A DNA stretch of 64,000 nucleotides from an uncultured Nitrososphaeraceae archaeon (GCA_963837175.1 CAWIMJ010000005.1:12807-76806); one strand, 5' to 3'. Counted from the stretch's first letter, positions 33,945 through 45,829 are shown. Numbers and translations are program-made. Notes: generated by a model not told the origin, from the letters alone.

Positions 33945-34973
33945 CTATTTCTCTCCTCTGACTGCTAACGCCCAAGCGTGTTGTGAAAGATATTCTTTGG
34001 GCCATGGGATATCGAGCCCTCTCCACGAAATACCTGAATCAGTAGAGTAAAATACTCCGCGGTTGTTGACAGCATAGACTTCTCCTGCACACTTTGGATT
34101 TGCGGCAAGGATTGTAATCATTGTTCCATGTGGTTCGGGAAGGCCCTTTGAAACCGCTTTCCACTTTTCACCATCATTAGATCTTCTATATACCAACGAT
34201 TCGGCACCTTCAAGGGAATGTGCTTCCCAGGGCCCTAAAGATGCTGATACAATAACAGTTTGGGGATCACCTGAATCGACAGCAAGCCCATAGAGATAAT
34301 GATGTCTAAACCCCGCCGTCGGCCTCTTCCATGTTTCTCCGTAATCAAAGCTTTCAAAATAGCCGTCACCTGCCGAAGAGTATAGCCGTTTAGGCGCCTT
34401 TTGATGTGTAGCTAGAATGTGAGTATCATACGGGCCTTGATCAACTCGATCTATCCACGTTTTGCCATCGTCGTGAGTCTGCACAAGGGCTCCGGCCTCT
34501 ATGGCAACGAAAACATAATCAGGATCCTTTATATCCGGTTCAATCCAACGCACATGATTAGTCCAAGGTCTCGGAGGAAAGCTCCATGATGTAGATGAAT
34601 CCAAATTGTTTAGGGCGCTCATTTTTTCCCAAGATCTGCCTCCATCATTCGATTTATAAAGTGCGGTCGGCTCAGTTCCCACATATACTTCATTGAACTC
34701 GTCATTCCCACGTTTCAGAGGATTAACTGAAACGGACATCACATCTGGACTGGAGATACTATCTTTTCCAACACTATCCCAATTTTTTCCACCATCATCG
34801 GTTTTCCATAGACCATCACCGAACGTTCCGCAGTATGCGCGGTTTAGATTCCGAGGATCATATGCTATGCCTTGTGGATGGGTTCCTTTTAAGCACTCAT
34901 GAGTCTTCCATCTGATCTTTGAAGACTCAAACACGAGAAGTGATTTTTGCATTCCCGCTATAAGCGTCGTCAT
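33945..34973 (-). CDS. BNR/Asp-box beta-propeller protein
   Basis: TDDGGKNW, SNDGGRSW, THDDGKTW and SFDYGETW; GTEP and WSFPPRP motifs. Confidence 0.88.
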   Translation of the reverse strand: MTTLIAGMQKSLLVFESSKIRWKTHECLKGTHPQGIAYDPRNLNRAYCGTFGDGLWKTDDGGKNWDSVGKDSISSPDVMSVSVNPLKRGNDEFNEVYVGTEPTALYKSNDGGRSWEKMSALNNLDSSTSWSFPPRPWTNHVRWIEPDIKDPDYVFVAIEAGALVQTHDDGKTWIDRVDQGPYDTHILATHQKAPKRLYSSAGDGYFESFDYGETWKRPTAGFRHHYLYGLAVDSGDPQTVIVSASLGPWEAHSLEGAESLVYRRSNDGEKWKAVSKGLPEPHGTMITILAANPKCAGEVYAVNNRGVFYSTDSGISWRGLDIPWPKEYLSQHAWALAVRGEK

Positions 34974-35743
34974 TAAAAGAAGGAAGAATTACCTCATATA
35001 TTTAAGTGGAGTTACTCATGCACTTAAAGCATCCAAGAATGTCTTACATGAGTCAGCTCGGATCCTATGTTGCTGTTCGCTCACATTCAGTTTCAAATTT
35101 ACGGTTTTAACCAAGGATTATTAGAACCAAGATCGTTTACTCCGATATACTCCTTTGTCTATTTGGCTGTTGCAGTTGTCATAACAGCTGTTTTGAAACT
35201 CTACTAATATTCTCTATTGCGTTAATTTGTATGCTTTGTCATCAAATAAAGAAAACAAAAGATTGAATCAATCAGCATTCTCATTATTTGATCAAATAAA
35301 TTTGTAGATCTGCTCACATCCCCTGGCAGTGTGTTTGTTATGATATAGTAAGCTAGATCTCTTTGTAAACCTGAATTAATATACGCAGCTGCAGAATTAA
35401 CTAGCCAATTGATAATACTTAATTAAAATGAATGAATATTCAGTAAGTTTTAGCAACCTGTAAATTGTTCCAGAAATTTGGTAACACACATAATTCATCG
35501 TTCAAATCATATGTGGGATACTAGTCTAACATAATTTAAAATATGTTGAGCGAAATGATGATATTTCTGACCTTACGACTGCAACGGTTTTTAATATATA
35601 TCTATCATTTACATCTAAGTACTATAGATAATATGCAATGATGAAAAGAAGAAGAGATGAGAAATAGAGGATTGAATTTTAAAAACGACGCGTTATTGAT
35701 GTGTCTTATCGAGAAAGAAGGAAGAAAGGAATAAAAAACAAGA

Positions 35744-36160
35744 TTAAACCAGCCCTTCATTAGAAGATACCTTCTTAATTTCATTAACGATCTGCATTAG
35801 ACCATCTGGCATTCCTTTGGAACCGTCAGTCCATCCAGTCGTATGAGCTTTATCATTAATTGTGACAGTTAAATTACACGAAATATACTTCGGATCTTCT
35901 TCTTCAGGAGGATAATCAGTTTTTGTTCTAAAAAATTCATTTTTTGCAAATATCTCTTTCAAGTCATTTTCTTCTGAGTCGGAGATAGGTTTGTGAGATA
36001 AGTTGGCACCACTCACATCAGTTGAAGAGGTGAGCATTTTTGTTTTTGAATCGAATGAAATTAGCAGGTAACGTGAGGTTATTCCTCCTGATTCTGTATA
36101 TTTGAAGCTAAAATCTGTAATCGATGAATTTTCCTTACCAGTAGTAGCATTATCAACCAT
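35744..36160 (-). CDS. Emfourin-like (M4 protease inhibitor) protein
   Basis: ESGG.....ISFD...L......FF......D.....LTVT....HT..W.D...P..L..IV pattern. Confidence 0.55.
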   Translation of the reverse strand: MVDNATTGKENSSITDFSFKYTESGGITSRYLLISFDSKTKMLTSSTDVSGANLSHKPISDSEENDLKEIFAKNEFFRTKTDYPPEEEDPKYISCNLTVTINDKAHTTGWTDGSKGMPDGLMQIVNEIKKVSSNEGLV

Positions 36161-36329
36161 AAATACAAAGGGAATAGAGCAGTTTTATACCTTTCGCAGC
36201 ATTCATTTATGTTTTCTGCGTCAATATACGAAATATTAGATTTTTAATAAGATAGTTTCAATCCTCATATTTATATCGCAGGTTTTTATAACTTGTGATC
36301 AAATTACTCCTATTTTTTCTCTATATGGT

Positions 36330-36670
36330 TTAATAGTCGTTTGGTATGGCAAACCACGGTTCTAGACGGGTAGCTGTCTCATAATGTCGTATAGAGTAGT
36401 TGTTCACCTCTTCTAGTATCTTTTGGGCTTGAGAATTCTCCAATGTATCTATTGACGCCTTGTCAGTAAAGCGATGAATAATGTACCGATTTGAGCTAAT
36501 ACCAGCAGGCAATATTATAGTCGTTCCAAGGTATCCAGTAGCCGTTCTTTCATATGGAAAATAACGCCTAAGCCAGTCATTGTAATGCTTTTCATAACCA
36601 GGTTTTATACTCCTGCTGATGACAGAAGTACTGTTTTTGAAGTATTGCTGTCTACCTCCACCTTACTCAT
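36330..36670 (-). pseudogene. Antibiotic-biosynthesis-monooxygenase-like protein, frameshifted and truncated
   Basis: SRSIKPGYEKHYNDW, GYLGT, Y.IHRF and ETAT.LEPWF across frames. Confidence 0.6.
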
Positions 36671-37367
36671 CTATCGATACTTTTTTTTCGTATATACTCT
36701 TCCATTATTTGAGCTATAGATTATCTATTCTATGTTGGTAGTAGGATAAAAATTAAAATAACGCAATCACTCATCACTATATTCACCCCCTTAATCTTCT
36801 TACCTGATTGCACTTATCGAAATAGATAGATGCGGAAGGAAGGATGTGCTTCATATCTTGATTACTATTTCTGGGCAACATTATATTCAATATCATGAAA
36901 ATCTAAAATATATCAAAACAATTTAAAAGGATATTATTAAAAACTAAAATTATGTATAAAGCTGAAATCATTAAGTATGTAGAAATCAAAAGCATTAGAG
37001 AAATAATAGATCATTGGTAAAGTAAATACCGGGAATGTGTCAAATGTGGTTTGTCTGTAACTGATTCAGTAGAACCCGCAAGTACAAGAACATGGACAAT
37101 AAAAGAGAAGTAGATATGTGAATAGCGTTTAGGTGTGTAACGTTTGTATAGAAAATAATAAGGAAGGGAAAAAATTATTTTTCTCATGCTATAAAGCGAA
37201 AAAGTACCAATAGTCAATCTGACAATATATGAGTCACAAATCCCTCATGTTTTGCCTACTACTCCGAGGGCAACTGAAGCCGGCTTGTAAAAGTATGTCT
37301 GTTTCATATAGCTGAAACGATTATTATTTTTTCCTGCTTAGTTCGTTCGTTCCATTATTATTCCAAA

Positions 37368-37670
37368 TTATGTTATCTGTTCTATTATCCATTCTCTAAA
37401 TTTTGTAATTGCAAAATCCTCAGATTGCTTGATAAATTGTGGATCCTTTATCTTCCATTGATTCTCAGGAACAGAATCAAAAAACTCTTGCATACATAGA
37501 ATAAATCTAAAGCGTAAATTCCGTGTGTTTTCAGTTGTTAGTCCGTAGCGATATAGAATATTAGCTATCTGTCCAAATGCAGTATCATAGTTTCTTTTAA
37601 AAGGTGGTATTTCAAAAGTATGGTATAATATTGAAGATATTGTATCTAAGTCTTGGCGAATAGTAATCAA
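37368..37670 (-). CDS. Hypothetical protein
   Basis: 100-aa ORF. Confidence 0.5.
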   Translation of the reverse strand: MITIRQDLDTISSILYHTFEIPPFKRNYDTAFGQIANILYRYGLTTENTRNLRFRFILCMQEFFDSVPENQWKIKDPQFIKQSEDFAITKFREWIIEQIT

Positions 37671-38034
37671 ATGTATATAGTATGATACCGAAGATTAAAA
37701 TAGTATTGTTAGCCTTCTTGAAGGAGACAGCTTGGGTAGGATATAGATTAAATTTACTCAAATTTGTAAGCCAGAATTATCTTTGCTTAATATACTGCTA
37801 CTATCACAATTATGCTGATATCGATCATCATCTTCTTATTCTACCACCACCGCCACCACCAAGATTCAAAACCAATATTGTTTAGTTAACTCTGGCTAAT
37901 ACCAATACTTATAGTAAAAAGAAGTTCGTATTCAATTCTCGAGGACTTACCTTTAGAGTCAGTCAGTCTTTTCTATAAGCTTGAAATATGTTTTTATTTG
38001 TTATTTACTTTTCTCCCATTAGGAAAAAAAAGAA

Positions 38035-38223
38035 ATGCCAGTAATACAAATCACAATAAGCCAAGGAAGGTCTGTTGAGCAGAAACGTGAACTTGTTCAA
38101 ATGCTGACTAGAGAGACAGCAAGAATAATGAAAACAAAGGAGGAAAATGTAAGAATTCTAATTTATGAGGTTTCAAAAGAAAATTGGGGAAATGCTGGGA
38201 CTTTAGCTCTTGATATGAAATAG
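38035..38223 (+). CDS. 4-oxalocrotonate tautomerase family protein
   Basis: Catalytic N-terminal Pro, GRSVEQK.EL and EV..ENW..AG. Confidence 0.93.
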   Translation: MPVIQITISQGRSVEQKRELVQMLTRETARIMKTKEENVRILIYEVSKENWGNAGTLALDMK

Positions 38224-38408
38224 ATTAGTAGTGCTGACTTTAAAATTAATGCAATATTTGATTAGCTATTGGAGTGTATTGATAGGAACATAGCATATGC
38301 ATGCGAGCATAAAAAATGAAAGGAAATTGCGCACAGAAGTATTATCAGGAAATACACTGCTTTTTTATAACGAGTAGATATTCTATAAATTAAACCACTA
38401 TATGTGAT

Positions 38409-39026
38409 GTGATCTTAAATATGGAAAAAAGCGACGGAAATGGTAGTAATATTGCAGTTAGTGATTACTTATTAGAAAAGATTATTCAGAGTAAATTTGG
38501 AGAACACAATTTCATTCCTTACTCAGATATAGCCACTCTGAAAAATATTTACATTATATATTGTAAAACTTTACTTGAATCATTAAATGAAATAGTTCTA
38601 CTTCTCCCCTATTATGAGTCTGTTACTAATGTATTTAATAATTTAAGGAAGGATGGTAATGTAGATGTAGAAAAGTACAAAAAAGAAGGTTCACTTGTAC
38701 TTGTAGAATCAAAAAAAGGATATTTCAGTTTAACAAATGAACTCGTCGGAATTACGATCATGATAAGAATGTTGCTTCAACGAGCAAGCAAACTAGAAAA
38801 GAACGGAGTAACTGTAATTTCAGATATGGGTTTATTCTTTCATATGAATAAAATAGAAGAACTGATGAAACAGGAGCAAGAATTACAATCATCAATACAT
38901 AACATGAAAGTCAAAATCTTTTGTTGTTATAATAACATTGACCTTAAAGTTCTTACAGAAGATCAAATACAAGAATTGCTTAAGCATCATAATAAAGTTC
39001 TATCGACAGAAACTCACTTCAGTTGA
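38409..39026 (+). CDS. MEDS-like sensory domain protein
   Basis: GEH..I.Y, VTVISDMG.FF, CCY and LLKHH. Confidence 0.7.
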   Translation: MILNMEKSDGNGSNIAVSDYLLEKIIQSKFGEHNFIPYSDIATLKNIYIIYCKTLLESLNEIVLLLPYYESVTNVFNNLRKDGNVDVEKYKKEGSLVLVESKKGYFSLTNELVGITIMIRMLLQRASKLEKNGVTVISDMGLFFHMNKIEELMKQEQELQSSIHNMKVKIFCCYNNIDLKVLTEDQIQELLKHHNKVLSTETHFS

Positions 39027-39598
39027 TACCTCTATTAAGGATATTATATATAGACATATATATACATACATATACATCTGACGGTTTGAAGAAGGGTTAG
39101 TCGAGAAATTCATTTAAAATGGTACCTCTTAGAAGTGTCTACTGAAGACAACTTTACATTTGTGGTGGTTAAGATGCCAATGAAAAGAATGTGAATTTAG
39201 TACGGAACATTTGATGTCAATTTATCAGTCTTTGTGAGGTTTAATGTGTCGGTGCGATAATACCCCAAAAGAATGTTTTAACCAGCAAAATAGTTGAGAA
39301 TAACGATATACTTAGACTTTCTCTTGATATTTTTAATGTTTATAACTATGTAAATAAACTTGTATTCCTGCATTGAAAATTGGAATACGGTTCTTCTTCT
39401 AAGTATCATTACTAATAATAGTGAACTAGATTCTTTATTATTATATTATTAGTATTGTCTTTCAAATTTAGATATTCAGTATAAATTACCTAATAAATAA
39501 TGTAAATAATGCTTTATCCTCATCTTTTTATTTGAATATCATTTTTTAATTTATAGTAAGATATAAAAAAGGAATTCAAAATTGTTATCACATTAACA

Positions 39599-42070
39599 AT
39601 GTCTTTTATTGCATCTTTGGCATTAAGTGCTTTGCTATTATTATCAGTATTTCTAAATTCCTTAGGTTCTGCAGCTGTTTTTGCTCAGACAAATGAAAAG
39701 AAGAAGGGATCGTTTATTGACGAAGTAAGATTTATCCAGTATCTGGATGACAACGTAGCACTAGAGGATGTAAAAGCAGGCAATCTTGGTACTTATTTTT
39801 TTAGAATTCCATTAGAAGTAGCATCCGATATAAAGAGTAATCCAAATGTTAAATCCTATGATAGGATCTCCCAATCATTTGAACTTTTTATAAATCCAGC
39901 ACCATCTCCAAAAAATACTAATTCCATTAACCCATTTCAATTTAAGGAAGTAAGGTATGCCATGAATTATCTTATAGACCGTGAATTTATTTCTAATGAA
40001 ATAATGAAAGGTTATGCTAAACCATTAGTTGATCCATTAGGTTATGATTCTCCTGACTATCTTAATATTATTGATACTGTAGAATCCTTTGGCTTTAGAT
40101 ATAATCCTAGTATTGCTGAAAAAATGATTGCTCATGCGCTTATGGCTGAGGGTGCAATAAAACAGAATGGAAAGTGGATTTTTAAAGGATCGCCTATTAC
40201 TATAAAGTGTTTCATAAGAAGCGATGATCAACAAAGAAAATCATTAGGAGAGCTAATATCATCAGAGCTTGAAAAAATAGGCTTCGTAGTTCAAAAAGAC
40301 TATGGCGATCTGAATAAAGCAAATGGAATCATATATGGATCTAATCCTCAGGATTTTCAATGGCATATTTACACATCAGCTACTGTGTCATCAGCATTTT
40401 CAAAATATAATCAAGGCATATTTTCTAGCATGTACGCACCATGGTCTGGAAATATGCCAGGTGCTCAAAATCCTAGTTTCTGGAATTATCAGAATAAAAG
40501 TTTAGATGAAGTTACCCAGCGGTTAACATATTCTAATTTTACATCAGAAGATGAGCGAAATGAATTGTTACAAAATGCAACCAAAGCAGGAATTCAAGAA
40601 TCTGTGAGGGTTTTCCTTGTAAAAGTTATAGAACCATATGTTGCTTCATCTACTTTAAAGGGTCTGGTAAATGACTTTGGAGCTGGCATAACGAGTAAAT
40701 ATTCCCTAGTAAATGCAAGATCTACTAAAGACAATTCTTCTTTGGATGTTGGTGTAAAACAGATCTACCAAGGTGCTTGGAATAACGTAGGTGGATTTAC
40801 AGACGCGTACAGTCAGAATATATATTCTGCCATAGTTGATAGCAGTACTTTTACAAATCCTTTTACTGGTGATATAACGCCTATGAGATATCAATGGACA
40901 AATATTTCAACTGCAGGTCCACTTGATAAGCTTAAAGTTGCACCAGATGCGCAGTTATGGAATCCAAATACGCAGCAATGGAAAAATGTTGGTGACAATG
41001 GTACCAATGCAAAGAGTAAAGTGACATATAAAATACTATATTCTAACTGGCATAACGGAATTCCAATGGACAAATCAGATTTACTTTATTCGCAGTACTT
41101 TGTCTTTGAATGGGGAACTAACACTGGACAAAATGATCATACAGTTGATCCTCAATATACCTCTTCAGCCGCTACAGCTATTCCATATGAAAGAGGAATT
41201 AAATTTGATGCGGACGATGAGGTGGAATATTTTTCTGATTTTTGGCATTATGATAAGAATGAAATTGCTGGTTTTGCTGCTTCGTCATGGCCAGCACAGC
41301 CCTGGGAGATAACAGCAGCTACAGAAAGGCTTGTGACTGGAGGAAAACTTGCATATTCAAGAGGAGAAGCAACTGCAAAGAACATTGATTGGTTATCTTT
41401 AATTATCCCCCAACATGCTAATCTAATAAAAACAGAACTACAAAAAATGAAAGATGAAAGTTTTGTTCCGCCAGCTTTGAAAGGTATTGTCAGTATAGAT
41501 GAAGCAAAGAAACGTTACGATGCTAGCATAAAATGGATTACTACTCACAACCACGCAGTAATCAGCAATGGACCATTTTATCTTGACAGCTATAATCCTT
41601 CAGGAAGAATAATGACTATCAAAGCATTCAGAGATCAGTCATATCCATTTGAACAGGGGCATTGGTCGTACTTTGAAAATCCAAAACTAGCTGAAATAGG
41701 TAAAGTTGAAGCTCCACAGTTTATTAAGATAGGACAACCGTCTAAGATACAAATATCCATAAAAGTAAATGGACAGCCATCCAACGATGCACTAGTAAAT
41801 TATTTTGTCTCTGACAGAGATGGCAGATTAGTTGTTCATGGTCATGTACAACCACCGCCATTTATAACAAATAATACTATTAACAACCCATCATCTGGCA
41901 GATACGAAATCAATATACAAGGAAACGAAACTTCAAAGCTTTCTGTGGGCCCAAATACTCTAAAAATATTTGCAACTAGTAGGGAAGCATACCGTCCTGA
42001 TATCTCGACGAATATACTTTTGGCTATTCCTAGTGCCGCTGGCGGTGGTTCTTCTAATAGCAAAGGATGA
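39599..42070 (+). CDS. ABC transporter family-5 (peptide/nickel) substrate-binding protein
   Basis: Signal peptide, NPF..KEVRYAMNYLIDR, WHNG.P and SNGPFYLDSY. Confidence 0.9.
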   Translation: MSFIASLALSALLLLSVFLNSLGSAAVFAQTNEKKKGSFIDEVRFIQYLDDNVALEDVKAGNLGTYFFRIPLEVASDIKSNPNVKSYDRISQSFELFINPAPSPKNTNSINPFQFKEVRYAMNYLIDREFISNEIMKGYAKPLVDPLGYDSPDYLNIIDTVESFGFRYNPSIAEKMIAHALMAEGAIKQNGKWIFKGSPITIKCFIRSDDQQRKSLGELISSELEKIGFVVQKDYGDLNKANGIIYGSNPQDFQWHIYTSATVSSAFSKYNQGIFSSMYAPWSGNMPGAQNPSFWNYQNKSLDEVTQRLTYSNFTSEDERNELLQNATKAGIQESVRVFLVKVIEPYVASSTLKGLVNDFGAGITSKYSLVNARSTKDNSSLDVGVKQIYQGAWNNVGGFTDAYSQNIYSAIVDSSTFTNPFTGDITPMRYQWTNISTAGPLDKLKVAPDAQLWNPNTQQWKNVGDNGTNAKSKVTYKILYSNWHNGIPMDKSDLLYSQYFVFEWGTNTGQNDHTVDPQYTSSAATAIPYERGIKFDADDEVEYFSDFWHYDKNEIAGFAASSWPAQPWEITAATERLVTGGKLAYSRGEATAKNIDWLSLIIPQHANLIKTELQKMKDESFVPPALKGIVSIDEAKKRYDASIKWITTHNHAVISNGPFYLDSYNPSGRIMTIKAFRDQSYPFEQGHWSYFENPKLAEIGKVEAPQFIKIGQPSKIQISIKVNGQPSNDALVNYFVSDRDGRLVVHGHVQPPPFITNNTINNPSSGRYEINIQGNETSKLSVGPNTLKIFATSREAYRPDISTNILLAIPSAAGGGSSNSKG

Positions 42071-42555
42071 GATAGAAAAAGAGGCTATTACCATACTCTC
42101 ATCCATACACACATACTTATGTAAAATCTAGTATCTCAAGATAACTGCAAGCTTTCTTAATGATTAAAGACGAAAAAAAACTAACATAAAGATAAATTGA
42201 TTCTTTAAGTAATCATCATAAATAAAAAGAAAGAAATAAAGTAACATTATAAATTCACTTTTAGGCTTTATCAGGTTTATAACTTAAGAAAATGAAATGG
42301 AACCAAACATTACCAACAAAAAGAAAGAAACAAAATGAATAATAATTAAATGATTCTTAAATAATAACAATACACCGATGAGTAAAGATTATTACAAGCA
42401 TGCTTCAAACACGTTATCAAATCCAAAGCCAAAGAAAGGTTTAGGATCACATCACTAGACAATTTGACCTGCTCTGCAAGACTCGAAAATATGAGTAAGG
42501 TAAGTATTGCACTGAAGGGGATCCAAATCAATTCTGCCACTCCGATCTTTATAGA

Positions 42556-43000
42556 GGCTCTGTTAACTTAACCACTCCCCCATTACTAGGAACGTTATGA
42601 ATTTTATTCTGTTTGTGTACGCATATATGGGTACAATATAAATAATAATTTCAACCAGTTCCAAACATGCTATCTCTATTTGCTATCCTGTCTCCTACAT
42701 GGAAAATGATTGTCAAAGCATTCGGTTCTATCTTTTCTATCTGTTGTACAAATCTTTCCTTCTATTAAGTTCTTAAGGCCCGTAATATCATAGACGATGG
42801 TGCTTTAACCTTAGCCATCACTTGCAAGCATCATCCTCATTCATCGTAACTTTCTGACAACCGCCCATCTGTGTAAATGACTTTTCTACTACTATAATAT
42901 CTTTATTTCTCAGCTGTCTCAAGATTTGATAATGACAAACAAAAATTGTCCTTTCTCTTGAGATAGAGAGATGTACAAGCAGAAAAGATAATCATCAAGA
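42556..43000 (-). mobile_element. Degenerate IS6 remnant
   Basis: IR GGCTCTGTTAACTTAAC at 42556-42572. Broken minus-strand frames with SQERTIFVC, IYTDG, ERFVQQI and DRTECFDNHFPC. Confidence 0.8.
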
Positions 43001-43057
43001 GAGGACTCCTGTTATCTGTTATTGAAACTGCGGCATCTGTTAGAAAAATTTTGCAAT

Positions 43058-43730
43058 TTAGGGTAACATTCTCCATTTCTGGAGCCACTTTGCGTTCTCT
43101 AATTGCTCATTACTAAGTTTTTTAACCAAATTAATTATATTTTGTTTTGCTACTTCTAATTGGTTTTTTAGTTGCTTAATATAGTCAATTAATGGTATAT
43201 TTCTTTTGTATTCCTCAAGATCATCCATAGTTACATTATAATGTTGCAATACCTGAAGTAGTTTTATTTCTGCATCTTTTATTTCTCCATTCATTTTCTC
43301 CACCTCTAACTCTTTTTGTATGAGATAATTAGGCAGCTGATCTAGTGGCATTCCTTGCTTCTCTGATAAGACAGACACCTTGTTTATAATATTAATAAAT
43401 TCTTCAGCTTTCATCCCACGCTTAAAACAGTGAATATTGATGTTTTCAATGAAAGATTCTACCAGATCTTCACTCAAATCCATCTCATCTGTTTTATTTT
43501 TTAGTCTGATAGAATCTGCAAGTATCGATAAATCCAAATCTTCATTCTTTAGGAGTAAAGCTACTTCTCTAAGTAAGTCAATGTCAGGAATCTCTTGTTT
43601 AGCGTCTTTTATGATAGCGCTTACAGTTCCAGCTCCTATGCCATTATCTTTGGCAATTTGGTCTCTAGAGGTTCCTTGAAGCCATTGTTTAATGACTTGT
43701 TGTTTGATAGATTTTGGGACTCGGTTCCAT
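43058..43730 (-). CDS. N-terminal HTH plus coiled-coil protein (repeated Nitrososphaeraceae family), 3' end abutting the IS remnant
   Basis: Upstream of ORF 43058-43537 the frame reads VIKQWLQGTSRDQIAKDNGIGAGTVSAII (HTH). The ATG at 43730 needs a frameshift. Confidence 0.7.
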
Positions 43731-43832
43731 ACATTAATCTCATATCCTAAAAATGCTTACTTTATAAGATTTTGCATGGAGTTATTTGTTGATGATTTTT
43801 ATTAATTAAAATGCAAATTTTATGTGAGCGTA

Positions 43833-43901
43833 TATACACATCTGACGGGAATCTGACGATAATACGACGATTATCTGACCATCAATGACGAGCATCTGAC
43901 C
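43833..43901 (+). repeat. Phased direct-repeat array (ATCTGAC-like, 6 copies, about 11-bp period)
   Basis: GAC cores at 43844, 43855, 43866, 43877, 43887 and 43898. Confidence 0.75.
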
Positions 43902-44005
43902 ACTTCGATGGAAAAGGTAATAGTATATACTAGAAAATAATTTCCTAAAATTAATTAATAATAATTTAGGAAAAAATTTAATCAGCTTAATCAGTACTAG
44001 GAAGA

Positions 44006-44293
44006 TTACTTAATATTATTTGCTGTTGCATCTTCTAATACAGAGCTTGCAGATAATCCGCCAGCTGTGCTATTAGTTGTATTTCCTGTTCTTTGAGCTA
44101 TCATATGATTGTTATTATATTTGCCATTATCATTATTATTGTCATTCACCGAACTTGCAGATGTTCCTCCTAGAACCTGACCGAATACTGATATTAAGTT
44201 ACTTACTGGGAATACAAAAAATAATCCTAAAGTAAATGCTAGTATAACAATCAATTTACGTGTTCTCTTCATCAGTACCAATAAAAATTGCAT
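44006..44293 (-). CDS. Small secreted low-complexity protein
   Basis: Signal peptide and an N/T/S-rich tail. Confidence 0.55.
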   Translation of the reverse strand: MQFLLVLMKRTRKLIVILAFTLGLFFVFPVSNLISVFGQVLGGTSASSVNDNNNDNGKYNNNHMIAQRTGNTTNSTAGGLSASSVLEDATANNIK

Positions 44294-44831
44294 ATGTGAA
44301 TTTTAAAGGTTCCTAGTCTTAGTAGTAGCGAGAATACACTAATTATTGGCATTATCAAAATTGCTATCAAATTACGAGTAGTATGTCACAGCAGGATTCA
44401 CTTTAAGCATTATGGAAGGCTGAAAGATGAATGAGAGATAAGTCTTTTCATACAAAATAGATTATAAGAAGATATTTTTAATAGCCTATATAATCACTGA
44501 TAAAGGGCATCATTTTTTTGAAGCAATTCTAGTAGGACACAGTAACAGATAGAAAACAGATTTTAGCAGGTTTTTCTAGTCTCACACAAGCCTAAATATT
44601 TCACCTAATCGGGGGATTTAGGATACGATGTTCAAAGAAATTTCTAAATAGACATTAAATGGATTCAAAGATAGACATTATATATAGAAAACTATGGACT
44701 AGAATAATCAACTATTTAGGATCTCAACTAGATCTGTAATACTGTACATATATTGGCAAGAGTATCATGTGAGGGCTTCCGAGGTTTAGGACGTTAGTCA
44801 ATTAATTTTTTATTAGTAAATTACATAATAT

Positions 44832-45546
44832 GGCTCTGTTAACTTAACAATAAATCTATAGTTTTAGATACTCTTTATTTCTTGTATTGATTATACTTAC
44901 CAAAGGAAATAGAACGTCTGCAAATGACATTGAGTATGGTTTATACCTATACTTTATTGGTCTTTCATATCGTAATACAGCAACAAAAGCATTATTATTC
45001 AGATTTAAAAAAAGAAGTCATGTCTCCATTTGGAAATGGATGATGCACAAGTACAAACCAGAAAAAATATTTTACAACAGAATGAAAATATCTAAATTTA
45101 TAGTTGGTGGTGATGAAACTCATTAAACTAGGAAAAGATTACTTTTGGTTGTGGGTTGTTGCCATCATTAAGCCAAAAGATAAGGATATTCTTCTTCATA
45201 TTCATATTTCAGCAGCAGAAAGAAACACATGTTTGTTGCAGAACATACATTTTCTACGTTCTTTAGTAAAAAAAGTACGGAAGATACCCAGTTTCTACTG
45301 ATGGTGGTGGGACATGGTATCATCCGCAAGCATGTAAATTCTTGCAAATAAAACATCATCTACATTCACTATATGAAAAAAATATCATTGAACGAAGAAT
45401 CCAATACATAAAAAACAGAACAGAATGTTCCGATGATTATTTTCCATGTAGAAAAGAGAAGTGTAGACTAGAGCACATTATCAACTGGTTCAATGTTTTT
45501 GTAGACTATCATAATAAAGAAGGTGATTGCTTAAGTTAACACAGCC
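44832..45546 (+). mobile_element. IS6-family element with a frameshifted transposase and 8-bp target duplication
   Basis: IRs GGCTCTGTTAACTTAA (44832) and TTAAGTTAACACAGCC (45531-45546). CATAATAT at 44824-44831 and 45547-45554. DET, TDGG and IIER motifs. Confidence 0.92.
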
Positions 45547-45616
45547 CATAATATGATCATATCAATTAAAATATTATCTTATAATTTAACAGGAATGAAA
45601 CCTATAAGACTGTACT

Positions 45617-45829
45617 TTATTCAACCAATACCTTTTCGATAACAGTTTTCCTTTTGATATTGACTCTCTCAAGACCGGTAGTTATTAATTTCAACAGCCA
45701 AAATACTGCAGCAATTATACTATTAATCCATTGCGAATCTCTTCTTTTCTTTTTCCTCTCTTGTTCTTTTAAATAGGTGCGATATCTTTTTGCTGTAAAC
45801 TTTGCTCCATATACGTCATCATCATACAT
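45617..45829 (-). CDS. Small basic protein
   Basis: 70-aa ORF with ATG start. Confidence 0.4.
   Translation of the reverse strand: MYDDDVYGAKFTAKRYRTYLKEQERKKKRRDSQWINSIIAAVFWLLKLITTGLERVNIKRKTVIEKVLVE

Noticed and set aside
42346-42540. Short ORFs beside the IS6 remnant
   Set aside because: No recognisable motif in any frame; probably a decayed fragment.
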